The notes under the pieces were generated by a model that searched no databases, was not told where the DNA came from, and was given only the letters and a program-made list of their open reading frames with translations. The position numbers and the translations under genes are program-made. Shown here in pieces: positions 1 to 9,687 of a stretch of DNA of 64,000 nt (the first letter of the stretch is position 1; each line of letters begins with the position of its first letter). Location of the stretch: the NCBI GenBank assembly GCA_963727505.1, contig CAVSGP010000009.1, positions 224,001 to 288,000 of the forward strand, given 5' to 3'. The stretch comes from an uncultured Trueperaceae bacterium. GTDB lineage: Bacteria; Deinococcota; Deinococci; Deinococcales; Trueperaceae.

Positions 1-66
1 GAACTTCTCGTCGGCCGAGAAGGGTCCGTCCAGCGTGGTCGGCTCCTTCACGCCGGTACTGTACAT
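1..66 (-). CDS. Partial CDS (5' end, MYSTGVKEPTTLDGPFSADEKF...) running off the window edge
   Basis: ATG at 66, open frame to position 1 with GC3-rich codons, 29 nt downstream of the permease stop. Confidence 0.4.
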   Translation of the reverse strand, partial: MYSTGVKEPTTLDGPFSADEKF

Positions 67-95
67 CAGCCGCCCGTGGCAAAGGGTCGACCGTC

Positions 96-1358
96 CTATC
101 CCTTGACGCCGCCGGCGGTGAGGCCGCCGATCAGGTAGCGCTCGAACCAGAAGAACAGCAGCATGATCGGCACCGTCACGATGACGGCGCCGGCCATCAG
201 GAACTGGCGCGGCACCTCCTGCGAGTTGAGGCTCACCATGCCGCGCGAGAGCGTGAAGATGGAGGGCGTGTCGAGGAACATGAAGGCGAATAGGAACTCG
301 TTCCAGGCGATCATGAACACGTACAGTCCCACCGACGCCAGGGCGGGCAGGGACAGCGGCAGCGTGATCCGCCAGATGACGGCCAGGCGGTTGCAGCCGT
401 CGATGAGCCCGGCCTCCTCGAGGTCTCGTGGCAGCGTTTGGAAGTAGCTGCGGAGCATGTACAGGGCGACGGGCAGCGTGGTCGCCGGATAGACGATCAG
501 CAAGCCCGGCAGGGTGTCGCGCAGGCCCAGCTGCGTGAACACGGCGTAGAGCGGGATGACCAGCACGATGGCCGGGAACATGTAGATGAGCAGGATCGAG
601 CGCGACAGCAACTCGCGCCCGGGGAAGCGCAGTCGCGTCACCGCGTAGGCGCCGAGCACCGAGAGGACGAGCGTCACGGCCACGGTGACGAGGGCCACGA
701 AGGTGCTGTTGAGGATGAAGCGCCCGAAGTGGAAGGTGGTCAACACCTCGCGGTACCCGACCAACAGCGAGCCGAGCGATTTGTGCACGTCGACGCCGAG
801 GAAGGTCGGGCGCGCCAGCATCTCGGCCCGACTCTTCAGCGACGAGGCGACCATGAAGTAGAAGGGGAACGCCACCAGTGTGCCGAAGAACGTGAAGCCG
901 ACGGCACGAAGTGCGCGCAGCAGCAGGATCTCGATCTCGGTGCGGCGCATGCGACCGAGCTTGAGGTCGCGCAGCCCATAGCGGGTGAGATGGGTTGCGA
1001 ACAGGCCGGCGAGGAGTGCCGATGCGGCGCCCCAGCCGAAGGGGAGCGGCGTCGGGCCCAGGGGCCGGCCGCGGCTGAAGGCGAGCCACAGCGCTGCGCC
1101 CGCCAGACCGATGAGCACCACGGCGCTCCACGAGCTGTCCCGCGGGCCTCGCCAGAGCGCCAGCGCCGTCCCCGTGGCCGCTCCCAGCAGGAGGGCCCAG
1201 GACAGCGGATAGGTGACGTCCAGGCCCCCGAAGATGGTGGCGGAGAGCGCCCAGGCGCCCACCATCAGGGCGTAGGAGAGCGCGCCGAGAACCGCGGCGG
1301 CAACGACGCCGGCGATCGAGAGCCGCGCCGGCGCGGGGCCCGGCCCGCCGGCGCTCAT
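96..1358 (-). CDS. Carbohydrate ABC transporter permease (MalG-like) with N-terminal membrane extension
   Basis: EAA motif LEEAGLIDGC, AWNEFLFA, C-terminal GLTAGGVKG; ATG at 1358 overlaps the upstream TGA (ATGA). Confidence 0.9.
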   Translation of the reverse strand: MSAGGPGPAPARLSIAGVVAAAVLGALSYALMVGAWALSATIFGGLDVTYPLSWALLLGAATGTALALWRGPRDSSWSAVVLIGLAGAALWLAFSRGRPLGPTPLPFGWGAASALLAGLFATHLTRYGLRDLKLGRMRRTEIEILLLRALRAVGFTFFGTLVAFPFYFMVASSLKSRAEMLARPTFLGVDVHKSLGSLLVGYREVLTTFHFGRFILNSTFVALVTVAVTLVLSVLGAYAVTRLRFPGRELLSRSILLIYMFPAIVLVIPLYAVFTQLGLRDTLPGLLIVYPATTLPVALYMLRSYFQTLPRDLEEAGLIDGCNRLAVIWRITLPLSLPALASVGLYVFMIAWNEFLFAFMFLDTPSIFTLSRGMVSLNSQEVPRQFLMAGAVIVTVPIMLLFFWFERYLIGGLTAGGVKG

Positions 1359-2626
1359 GCTTCGTCCTCCGGGGCGTAGCGGAAGTAGAGCACCATGAAG
1401 GCTGCCAGGATCACGAACAGCGCCACCGCGACCGCGGCGCCTGCGCCCAGATCGGCAAGCGCGAAGGCCTGGTCGTACACCTGCACCGTGAGCGTCTTGG
1501 TGCCGGCGGCGCCGCCGGTGAGAAGGAAGATATCGTCGAACTTGTTGAACGTCCAGATGAAGCGCAGCAGGAAGAGCGTCGAGAGGATGCCCACGAGCTG
1601 CGGCAGGGTGATGAACCAGAACTGCTGCAGCGGGCTGGCCCCGTCGACCTCGGCGGCCTCGTACATCTCGCCCGGGATGGCCTGAAAGCGCGCCAGGATG
1701 AACAGGAAGGCGAACGGGAAGTAGCGCCAGGCTTCGAACGCGATCACGGTGGAGAGCGCCAGCGGGAGCGCCAGGTGCAGCCCGAACAGGTTCACCTCGA
1801 AGCTGCGCTGGCTGAGGAAGGCCACCGCCTGCCCGAGCAGCCCGAAACGCTGCCCCAGGGCGTTGACGGCGCCCGACAGCGGATCGAGCAGGAATGCCCA
1901 GGTGAAGGTGACGGCGATGACCGGTGCGACGTAGGGGAAGAGGAAGAACCCGCGTAGCAGGCCCTTGCCGATGAACGACTCGTCGAGGAGCTGGGCGGCG
2001 AACAGGCCGAGCAGGATCGAGCCGATCGTCCCGAGGATGGTGTAGGTCAGCGTGACGCCGAGGGCCGGCCAGAACTCCCTGCCGGAGAGCACCTTGCGGA
2101 AGTTGGCGAGCGTGAAGTGCAGGTTGGTCAGGACGTTGGGCGCGCGGCCGCGGATGGCCGCGCCCGCGTCCGTGGGCTCGGGTGCGCCGGCGTCGAGATA
2201 GTCCTGGGTGGCTCGGAAGGTCAGATCGAGGTTGATGCGGGTCCCGCCCTCCCAGGTCCCCAACTGGCATGCCAGGCGTGGCGCCTGGTAGTCGCATCGA
2301 GGATCGAGCTCGACCGCCTCGAGACCGGGCGGCAGGCGGTCGAACAGCGCCACCTGGGTCACGGCGACCGTCTGGGAGCTGTTGCGCATCTGGTAGCGCA
2401 CGACCAGATCGTCTCCGGCAGTTGCGGGACGCTCGAGCACGCGGACGCGCAACACCGGCTGCGGCGGCCTGAGGTCGACCAGTTTGACCGGCTTGAAGCT
2501 GATCCACACGTTGGCGATCACCGGGAACAGCACGATCGCGAAGACGATGAGGAACGTCGGCGCGAGCATCCAGAAGGCCAGGCGCGCCTCGCGCGCCGCC
2601 AACGATCCCCTCCTGGTCCGCCTCAT
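1355..2626 (-). CDS. Carbohydrate ABC transporter permease (MalF-like) with inserted extracytoplasmic domain
   Basis: YEAAEVDGAS EAA motif, FIWTFNKFD, multiple TM helices; GGAGG RBS before ATG 2626. Confidence 0.9.
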   Translation of the reverse strand: MRRTRRGSLAAREARLAFWMLAPTFLIVFAIVLFPVIANVWISFKPVKLVDLRPPQPVLRVRVLERPATAGDDLVVRYQMRNSSQTVAVTQVALFDRLPPGLEAVELDPRCDYQAPRLACQLGTWEGGTRINLDLTFRATQDYLDAGAPEPTDAGAAIRGRAPNVLTNLHFTLANFRKVLSGREFWPALGVTLTYTILGTIGSILLGLFAAQLLDESFIGKGLLRGFFLFPYVAPVIAVTFTWAFLLDPLSGAVNALGQRFGLLGQAVAFLSQRSFEVNLFGLHLALPLALSTVIAFEAWRYFPFAFLFILARFQAIPGEMYEAAEVDGASPLQQFWFITLPQLVGILSTLFLLRFIWTFNKFDDIFLLTGGAAGTKTLTVQVYDQAFALADLGAGAAVAVALFVILAAFMVLYFRYAPEDEA

Positions 2627-2646
2627 CGCACCTCCCGATGGGCTCG

Positions 2647-2678
2647 GGTCGGGGTGGGGCCGCGGCCCCACCCCGACC
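2647..2678. terminator. Perfect 32-bp palindrome after the sugar-binding-protein gene (terminator or mRNA stabiliser)
   Basis: GGTCGGGGTGGGGCCG|CGGCCCCACCCCGACC. Confidence 0.6.
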
Positions 2679-2689
2679 GTGTCACGGCT

Positions 2690-4027
2690 CTACTGCAGAG
2701 CGCTGATGCGCTGCTGGAGCTGATCGGCGGCGGTCGGCGCGTCGATCTCGCCGTCGAGGTAGCGGCGCACGACCTCGGCCATCACGCGGGTGCCGTAGAG
2801 ACGCCCGATGAGGGCGCCCTGGCCCTTGGAGTACGCCCAGCGGTTGCCGGTGTCGAGCCCCTGGACGATGTTGGTGATGACGTCGGGCGGGTAGAACTGC
2901 GACATCGGCGCCTTGCGATCGACCCCCATGGGGAGCTGCGCCCAGCCGTCGACGTACTTGGTGGGCTCGTCTGCCGTCCCGCGCCGCACTGGGAAGAAGC
3001 CTTCCGGCGCGAAGGACAGCCAGTCGAGGTAGCCGTCGGAGAGCAGGTACTCGACGAACTGCTGCGCCTTGGCGGTGTCGGCGTCGACGGTGATGCCCAG
3101 GTAGGTGACCTGCGCCCAGCCGGCGCCGTCGGGGTTGCTCGGTCCCGCCACGCGCGTGACGATCCCGGTGTTCTCGGCCAGCTTGGGGCTGGTGGGGTCG
3201 GCGTAGGCGGTGACCGGCACGGAGTCGCGCAGGCCCGCCAGCTCGTCGAGGATGAACGGCGACCACACGATCATGGCGGCCTTGCCGGCAAGGTAGAGCT
3301 CGCGCGACTGCTGCCAGTAGAGGTTGCCCGCCGGGCTGGCGTCGGCCAGCTTCTTGTAGAACTCGAGCACCTCGATGGTCTTGTCCTTGTCGAGGTTCAC
3401 CTTGCCGTCGGGCCCGATCAGACTCACGCCGTCGGCCAGGAAGAACTCCTCCAGGACCTGCATGGTGTAGTCGTTGTTGACGTCGGTGGCCGCCACGAAG
3501 CCGAACATGTTGGGCGGATCCCCGAGGGCAGCGACCGCCTTCTCGATGTTCGCGAAGGTGGTCGGCGGCTGCAGGTTGTGCTGGGAGAAGAGATCCTTGC
3601 GGTAGAGGATGAGCTGCGTCCAACCGCTCAGGGGCACGGCTGCGGTGTCGCCCTTGTAGGCGACCTGGGCGAGTGCGCCAGGCGCGAAGGTGCCGCGCCC
3701 GAGCTGATCGATCACCTCGTTGGCGGCCTGGGTGTCGAGGATGCCGGCATCGGCCCAGCCGATCGACTGGCTCTGTGGCGTGATGATGACGTCGGGCAGG
3801 TCGCCGGCCGAGAAAGCGGCGGTCACGCGCGGCCCGAGCTCGCTCTCCTCGACCGGCACGAGCTGGACGCTGGTGCCGGTCTTGGCCTGGAAGTCTGCGA
3901 CGATCTGCTGCTGCTTGGCCATGCGCTCCGGCTGGATCTCGGTGGTCCAGAAGACGAGCTGCGCCGAGGCGGCGCCGGCGAGGAGCAGCGCCAGCAGGCC
4001 CACGAGCGTCAAGAACGAACGTTTCAT
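2690..4027 (-). CDS. Sugar ABC transporter substrate-binding protein (family 1)
   Basis: Signal peptide (AASA-Q), AGDLPDV, LYRKDLF, PPTTF motifs; AGGAGG RBS. Confidence 0.92.
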   Translation of the reverse strand: MKRSFLTLVGLLALLLAGAASAQLVFWTTEIQPERMAKQQQIVADFQAKTGTSVQLVPVEESELGPRVTAAFSAGDLPDVIITPQSQSIGWADAGILDTQAANEVIDQLGRGTFAPGALAQVAYKGDTAAVPLSGWTQLILYRKDLFSQHNLQPPTTFANIEKAVAALGDPPNMFGFVAATDVNNDYTMQVLEEFFLADGVSLIGPDGKVNLDKDKTIEVLEFYKKLADASPAGNLYWQQSRELYLAGKAAMIVWSPFILDELAGLRDSVPVTAYADPTSPKLAENTGIVTRVAGPSNPDGAGWAQVTYLGITVDADTAKAQQFVEYLLSDGYLDWLSFAPEGFFPVRRGTADEPTKYVDGWAQLPMGVDRKAPMSQFYPPDVITNIVQGLDTGNRWAYSKGQGALIGRLYGTRVMAEVVRRYLDGEIDAPTAADQLQQRISALQ

Positions 4028-4301
4028 CGATCCCTCCTAAGGTGTGGACGTTCGGGTCGCGGTGAATCGGTTGGCTCCGAGGCCCTCCTTCCTCGGACGT
4101 CGGCGACGATGCCCGTGTCGGGGCAGACAACACCACTGCCGCGCCCCGTTTCGGTGCGCGGTTCCGCAAGTCGGTGTCGGAGAAGACAGATCGAGCGGCG
4201 TGCCGCCGTGCCGTAGGGTAGGCAGGGTTCCGCGAAGGTCTTGCCCGAGTATGGTCGAAGCGCTGTCGAAGCGTTAGTGACGCAAGTCCCGGGGCGTCGC
4301 G

Positions 4302-4685
4302 CTAGCGGGTCGCAGTGTCGTCCTCGCCGGTCCCGAGGTGCCGCGCCAGCACCCGCATGGCGGCCAGCGCACGGGGGAAGCCGGCGAACATGGCGACTTG
4401 CAGGACGGTCTCGCGCACCTCGGCCACGCTGGCTCCGCAGCGGAGCGCGCCCCGCAGGTGGGTGGGCAGCTCCCGCTCGGCTCCGAGCGCGCTGAGCAGC
4501 GCCACCGCCAGCAGCTCGCGGGTGCGCAGATCGAGCTGCGGGCGCTCGAACACCTCGCCGTAGGCCACCCGCATGATCAGCGCCGCCAGGTCGGGGTCGG
4601 TTTCGACCAGCTTGGCCTCGATGGCCGCGGCGTCCTCGCCCCAGATCCGGGCGCGCGCCGAGATGTCGTGCTCGTCGTCGCTCAT
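4302..4685 (-). CDS. Carboxymuconolactone decarboxylase (CMD/AhpD-like) family protein
   Basis: RPQLDLRTRELLAVA...HLRGALRCGAS...FAGFP signature; ATGA overlap with thiN. Confidence 0.85.
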   Translation of the reverse strand: MSDDEHDISARARIWGEDAAAIEAKLVETDPDLAALIMRVAYGEVFERPQLDLRTRELLAVALLSALGAERELPTHLRGALRCGASVAEVRETVLQVAMFAGFPRALAAMRVLARHLGTGEDDTATR

Positions 4686-5338
4686 GCCGATGCCTCCTCG
4701 CCCCACTCGACGATGACGGCCACCGTGCCCGAGCGCACCGTCACGGTCGTGCCGTCCGCCGCCCGGTTCGACAGTCCCAGCCCGACCCCGAACGGGAGGG
4801 CAGCGTCCTCGAGCGGGAAGCGGGCACCACGGAGGTCGACACGGGCCTCGCCGCGCAGGCTGAGCAGGCTGAACAGGGTGCCCTTCGGGAGGTCCAGTGC
4901 CGACTCGTCCCCGGCGGTCAGCAACCGGGCTTCGTGCACGCCGCCGTACAGGTGGACGCGCAGGCCGTCCTCGCGCAGGCGGGCGGCGATCAGGAGCGCG
5001 GCCAGCGTCTGATCAAGGCGGCCGTCGAAAACGCCACCCAGGATCAGCTCGGTGGCGCCGCGCTCCCGCGCCACGGCGATGGCGAGCTCCAGGTCGAGCT
5101 CGTCCTTGTCCTTGGGGTGCTCGACCCGCGGAACCTCGGTGTGGCGGCGCAGCAGCGCCGGGCTAGCGCTATCGAAGTCGCCCACCCAGAGGTCGACGTG
5201 GACGCCCAGCGCATCGGCCAGCTCCATGCCCGCGTCGGCGGCCACGACCAGCTCGGCCCCGCGCAGCGCGTGCTTCAGGCGCGCGTCGGCGTGCACCGGG
5301 CCGCCGGCGAGCACCGCCGCCAACCGACCTTCCATCAT
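4682..5338 (-). CDS. thiN: Thiamine diphosphokinase
   Basis: VAADAG, VGDFDS, KDKDELDLELA, GRLDQTL, LGLSN motifs; located in the thiamine cluster. Confidence 0.9.
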   Translation of the reverse strand: MMEGRLAAVLAGGPVHADARLKHALRGAELVVAADAGMELADALGVHVDLWVGDFDSASPALLRRHTEVPRVEHPKDKDELDLELAIAVARERGATELILGGVFDGRLDQTLAALLIAARLREDGLRVHLYGGVHEARLLTAGDESALDLPKGTLFSLLSLRGEARVDLRGARFPLEDAALPFGVGLGLSNRAADGTTVTVRSGTVAVIVEWGEEASA

Positions 5339-6411
5339 CGCTCCTCCAGCCTCACCCAGGCCGCCCGTGGCACCCGCACCCGGAGCGCGTCGCCCTCGCG
5401 AGGGCGCCCGTGGAGTTCCCGTGCGAACCCCTCCCAGGCGAGCTCGAGCGACCATGCGGGGAGGTCCAGCTCGAGCTGCCAGCGCAGCCCGTCGCGGCGG
5501 GCCCGGCGGACCGTCGCGGCGGTCACCGCGGCCCCGTCGTCGTCGCCGCTGCCGGTGACGTCGCTACCGGCGCCGTCGCTATAGGCGCCGTCGGGCGCGT
5601 CCGGCGGCAACAGGGTGACCATGTCGGCGCGCAGAAGGACCGGGTGGCCGTCGGCGGGGGCAACGTCCGGGACCGCCGTCAGCGCGGCCGCCTCGAAGAG
5701 GTTGCGGTGTCCCAGGAACCGCGCCGACCAGGCGCTGCGGGGTCGTTCCAGCACCTCCTCGCGGGTGCCGACCTGGGTGATGCGCCCCTCGCGCATGATG
5801 GCCACCCGACCGGCGATGGCGAAGGCCTCGGACTGGTCGTGGGTGACGTAGATGGCGCGCACGGGCAGGCGCGCCAGAAGGCTCCGCAGCTCCTCCTTGA
5901 GGGCCTCCCTCAGGCTCTGATCGAGGTTGGACAGCGGCTCATCGAGCAGCAGCACCTCGGGACGTGGCGCCAGGGCGCGCGCCAACGCGACGCGCTGCTG
6001 CTGGCCGCCGGAGAGCTCTTGCACGCGGCGCTGTTCGAGGCCGGAGAGCCCGACCAGGTCGAGCAGCTCCGCCACCCGCGCGCGCTGGTCCGGGACGTTC
6101 CAGCGCAGCTCCACCAGGCCGAACGCCACGTTGCGCTCGACGTTCAGGTGGGGGAACAGGGCGTAGTCCTGGAACACCATGCCGAAGCGACGGCGCTGCG
6201 GTGGCAGTGCGGTGATGTCCTCGTCGTCGAGGACGATGCGGCCGTCGTCGGGCGGCTCGAGCCCCGCGACCAGTCGCAACAGCGTGCTCTTGCCGCAACC
6301 GCTCGGCCCCAGCAAGGCCAGCGTCTCACGCGCCCCGAGCTCCAGGCTCACGCCGTCCACGGCGCGGGTGGCGCCGTAGTGTTTGCGAAGCTCGTTCAGG
6401 CGGAGGCTCAT
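5335..6411 (-). CDS. ABC transporter ATP-binding protein (thiamine/Fe3+ family, ThiQ-like)
   Basis: [32 protein letters not shown]. Confidence 0.9.
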   Translation of the reverse strand: MSLRLNELRKHYGATRAVDGVSLELGARETLALLGPSGCGKSTLLRLVAGLEPPDDGRIVLDDEDITALPPQRRRFGMVFQDYALFPHLNVERNVAFGLVELRWNVPDQRARVAELLDLVGLSGLEQRRVQELSGGQQQRVALARALAPRPEVLLLDEPLSNLDQSLREALKEELRSLLARLPVRAIYVTHDQSEAFAIAGRVAIMREGRITQVGTREEVLERPRSAWSARFLGHRNLFEAAALTAVPDVAPADGHPVLLRADMVTLLPPDAPDGAYSDGAGSDVTGSGDDDGAAVTAATVRRARRDGLRWQLELDLPAWSLELAWEGFARELHGRPREGDALRVRVPRAAWVRLEER

Positions 6412-6462
6412 GGGACGCGAAGCATCATACCGTCGAGGGTCGCGAGATCCGGCACGTCCACC

Positions 6463-8043
6463 TCAGAACTCGCTCCGCCCGCGCCGCTGCAGCAGCACCA
6501 TCACCGCTCCGGTGACCAGCATGAGCACCAGCGCCAGCGCCAGGGCGGCGCCGTAGTGCTGCGGCCCGGGCCGCCCCAGCCGGTTGAAGATCGCGATCGG
6601 CAGGGTGGCGTACTGCGGGCGCACCAGCAGCAGGGTGGCACCGAACTCGCCCATCGACACGGCGAAGGCGAAGCTGGTGGCGGTGAGCAGAGCGGGCCCG
6701 AGTTGTGGCAGCTCGACGCGCCACAGGATGCGGCCCGGACCCGCTCCCAGCGTGGCGGCTGCGGCGCCGAGCGCTGGGTCGAGGCCGCGCAGGGCCGGCA
6801 ACAACGCGCGTGCCACGAACGGGAACGCGATCAAGGCATGCGCGATGGGGATGCCCCAGGGATGGGTGACCAGCAGAGGGAACGCCAGCAGGTAGCCGAA
6901 ACCCAGGGTGACCGGGCTGGTGGCCAGCGGCAGCAGACTGAGCTGGTCGAGCGCGCGCCAGCGCCCCCGGGCCACGGCGTAGGCGAAGGCGAAGCCGACA
7001 ACGAGCGCCAGGACGGTGCTGGCGCTGGCGAACGCGAGCGAGTTGCGCAGTGCCGTGCCGAGCGTGGCGAACCCCAGCACCCCGCTGGGGCGCGCCGCGC
7101 CCGCCAGGTTGTCGAGCGACGGGAACGCCCCGTTCGCTCCCTGGAGCGCCTGCACCGCCAGGGCGACGAGCGGCGCCAGGATGAGCGCGGCGGCCAGCGT
7201 CAGGTTCAGCCCGAGCAGCCAGCGGCTGCGCCCGCGCGCTTGCGGCAGGGTCTGCGCGCGCGCGGGGAGCGCGACTGCCATCCGGGCCTGCATCCGGGTG
7301 TAGAGCAGCGTGATGGCGCCGACCACGACGAGCTGCGCGACCACCAGCACGGCGGCCGGTCCGAGCTCGAGCAGGTGCGCGGTCAGTTGGTAGATCTCCA
7401 CCTCGAGCGTTGCGAGCCCCGGGGACGGCGCCAGGATGAGGATCACCCCGAAGCTCGTGAAGCAGAACAGGAACACCAGCGTGGATGCTGCCAGCAGCGC
7501 CGGCAGGGCGAGCGGCAGGCTGACGCGCAGGGTGCCGCGCCACGCCCCGGCACCCAGGGTGCTCGCCGCCTCCAGCAGCCGTGGCGCCGCGCCTTCGAGA
7601 AAGCCGCCTACCATGCGTACGACGATGGCGTAGTTGTAGAACACGTGGGCGAGCAGCACCAGGACCAGCGTGCCGCGCAGGTCGATCCCGGTGAGGCCGC
7701 GCGGTCCGAACAGCGCCAGGAAGCCGATGCCGGCGACCACGGTCGGCATCACGAAGGGGATGGTGAAGGCGGCCGTCCACAGGCGCTTGCCGGGGAAGGC
7801 GTAGCGCGCGAACAGCAGTGCGCCCGGGAGGCCGAGTGCCACCGTGAGGGCGGTCGACAGCAGGGCCTGGCCGGTGGTGAAGCCGAGCCGTTGCCAGTAG
7901 AAGGGGTTCGTTGCCACTTCGACGAGCGCGCTTCCGTCACCCACGCTGCGGGCCAGGATGACGGCCAGCGGCAACAGGAAGAACACGGCCAGGAACGCCG
8001 AGGCCGCGACGCCGAAGGTGGTGCTGACCCAGGTCGCACGCAT
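6463..8043 (-). CDS. thiP: Thiamine ABC transporter permease (ThiP-like)
   Basis: Two EAA-like repeats, FTTGQALLST, LAHVFYN, SMGEFGAT; TAGACT -10 box 7 nt before ATG. Confidence 0.85.
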   Translation of the reverse strand: MRATWVSTTFGVAASAFLAVFFLLPLAVILARSVGDGSALVEVATNPFYWQRLGFTTGQALLSTALTVALGLPGALLFARYAFPGKRLWTAAFTIPFVMPTVVAGIGFLALFGPRGLTGIDLRGTLVLVLLAHVFYNYAIVVRMVGGFLEGAAPRLLEAASTLGAGAWRGTLRVSLPLALPALLAASTLVFLFCFTSFGVILILAPSPGLATLEVEIYQLTAHLLELGPAAVLVVAQLVVVGAITLLYTRMQARMAVALPARAQTLPQARGRSRWLLGLNLTLAAALILAPLVALAVQALQGANGAFPSLDNLAGAARPSGVLGFATLGTALRNSLAFASASTVLALVVGFAFAYAVARGRWRALDQLSLLPLATSPVTLGFGYLLAFPLLVTHPWGIPIAHALIAFPFVARALLPALRGLDPALGAAAATLGAGPGRILWRVELPQLGPALLTATSFAFAVSMGEFGATLLLVRPQYATLPIAIFNRLGRPGPQHYGAALALALVLMLVTGAVMVLLQRRGRSEF

Positions 8044-8275
8044 GGCAGGCAGTCTAGCGCCGGCCGCCGGGGCCGAGTGGCGGCCCGTTGCGGCTCCCGG
8101 TGGCGTCGGGGCGGGACGGCGACGTGTTGGCGGGCGGTAGGTGAAGCGTGCCCAGGACGGACTCCGCATCACGTTGGTCCACGAGCCCTAGACAAGCGTC
8201 CCTCTGGTCGGGTACAACTCTCGCGTGGAGCCGACGCCCGGAGAATCTGGCGTTAGGCATGCGAGGAGGCAGGCC

Positions 8276-8416
8276 ATGCTCCGCTGGCTTCGAAAGATAC
8301 GTCTGCGCCCGAAAGCTCGTCCTACGCGCGCGGTGGCTCGGTCCATCCGGCACGAACGTGCGGTGCTCGAGCGTTGGGCCAGGCGCAAAGCGAACGATTC
8401 CTACAAGCTTCCTTGA
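8276..8416 (+). CDS. Putative 46-aa basic small protein
   Basis: GAGGAGG RBS, TAGACA-18-TACAAC promoter-like sequence upstream, hairpin downstream. Confidence 0.55.
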   Translation: MLRWLRKIRLRPKARPTRAVARSIRHERAVLERWARRKANDSYKLP

Positions 8417-8446
8417 CCCGCCGTCCGGCTCGCGCCTGACGCGGGA

Positions 8447-8478
8447 GTTCGGGGGCGTCCGACCGGGCGCCCCCGAAC
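8447..8478. terminator. 14-bp stem hairpin between the convergent small ORF and thiB
   Basis: GTTCGGGGGCGTCC-GACC-GGGCGCCCCCGAAC. Confidence 0.6.
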
Positions 8479-8532
8479 CGTTGCGGCGCGGCATCAGCGG
8501 CGGGCGCCGCGACCGCGGGGACGGCCGAGCCG

Positions 8533-9624
8533 TCAGCGCACCGCCGCCGGAGCGCGGCCTTGCTGCACCACGGCCGTCCACTGCCGGATCCAGCGCTTCT
8601 CTCCGCTCGCGATGGCCTCCGGGCTGAGCGTGGCCGTCTGCTGCGCCGTCGGTACCGGCCCGTACGCCTGGAACTCCGCCGGCACGGCTGCCCCGGCGAT
8701 CACCGGGTAGACGAACATGTTGAGCGGCATGTCCTCCTGGAAGCGCTTGGAGAGCATGAAGTCGATGAACGCCCGCGCCGCCTTGAGGTGCTTCGTGCCC
8801 TTGAGGATGCCGGCCGCCTCGATCTGCATCCAGGCGCACCCGTTGCAGGTCACGTTCGCCGTGGGGCTGGTGGCCGGCGTCGACTTGGCGAAGATCACCT
8901 CGGCAGGGGGGCTGGTGGTGTAACTGACCACGATCGGGCGGTCGCCGCCGTAGGGGCTGAAGGAGCTGTTGTAGGCCTCCTCCCAGCCGTTGGTGATCTG
9001 CACGCCGTTGTCCCGCAGCTTCGCCCAGTAATCCAGCCAGTCGCCCGGCTGGCCTTCGCCGAAGCGGGCGATGGTCATGAGCACGAAAGCGAGGCCGGGG
9101 CTCGAGGTGGCCGGGTTCTCCACCACCAGCAAGTCCTTGTAGGCGGGCAGGGTGAGGTCGGCGAGCGACGTGGGGACGGGCGCGCCCGCCTTCTCGAGCG
9201 CCGCCTTGGCGACGTTGAGGTCGACGTAGGCGGCATCGATCGGGGTGACGAGGTGGTCCGGGTCGAAGCGGTAGGCCGGCTGCACGGTGTCGAGCGCGGG
9301 GCTTCGGTAGGGTTCGAAGATGCCGGCGGTTTTCGCCCGCACCAGAAGGCTGTTGTCGACGCCGTAGAGCACGTCGGCGATCGGGTGGTCCTTGGTGAGG
9401 ATGGCGCGGTTGACCACCTCGCCGGCGTCACCGCCCTGGACGAACGTGACGCGGATGCCGGTCTGGTCGGTGAAGGCCTGGACCACGTCCTTCGAGACCG
9501 CGAAGGAGCTGTGCGTCAGGACGGTGAGCGTCTCGGCCAGGGCCGAACCGGACAGGGCCGGGCCGGACAGGGCCAGCACGACGGCAAGCGGCGGCAGCAG
9601 CGAGACACGGAACTTGGCTCTCAT
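8533..9624 (-). CDS. thiB: Thiamine ABC transporter substrate-binding protein
   Basis: LTVLTHSSF, ADVLYGVDN, ENPATSSPGLAF, VSYTTSPPAE, QIEAAGIL; downstream of a TPP riboswitch. Confidence 0.92.
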   Translation of the reverse strand: MRAKFRVSLLPPLAVVLALSGPALSGSALAETLTVLTHSSFAVSKDVVQAFTDQTGIRVTFVQGGDAGEVVNRAILTKDHPIADVLYGVDNSLLVRAKTAGIFEPYRSPALDTVQPAYRFDPDHLVTPIDAAYVDLNVAKAALEKAGAPVPTSLADLTLPAYKDLLVVENPATSSPGLAFVLMTIARFGEGQPGDWLDYWAKLRDNGVQITNGWEEAYNSSFSPYGGDRPIVVSYTTSPPAEVIFAKSTPATSPTANVTCNGCAWMQIEAAGILKGTKHLKAARAFIDFMLSKRFQEDMPLNMFVYPVIAGAAVPAEFQAYGPVPTAQQTATLSPEAIASGEKRWIRQWTAVVQQGRAPAAVR

Positions 9625-9687
9625 GAGGAGGTCCTTTCCGTCACCAGCGGGGGGTCGTGGAGCAGGGTTGTGGGGAGTTCGACGCTG

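Noticed and set aside
96..2507. 803-aa ORF in the track
   Set aside because: The N-terminal part is an off-frame read-through overlapping the real permease; the true start is the ATG at 1358
5520..5620. Asp/Gly-rich insertion in the ABC ATPase C-terminus
   Set aside because: Short low-complexity linker, frame intact, no evidence of a separate element
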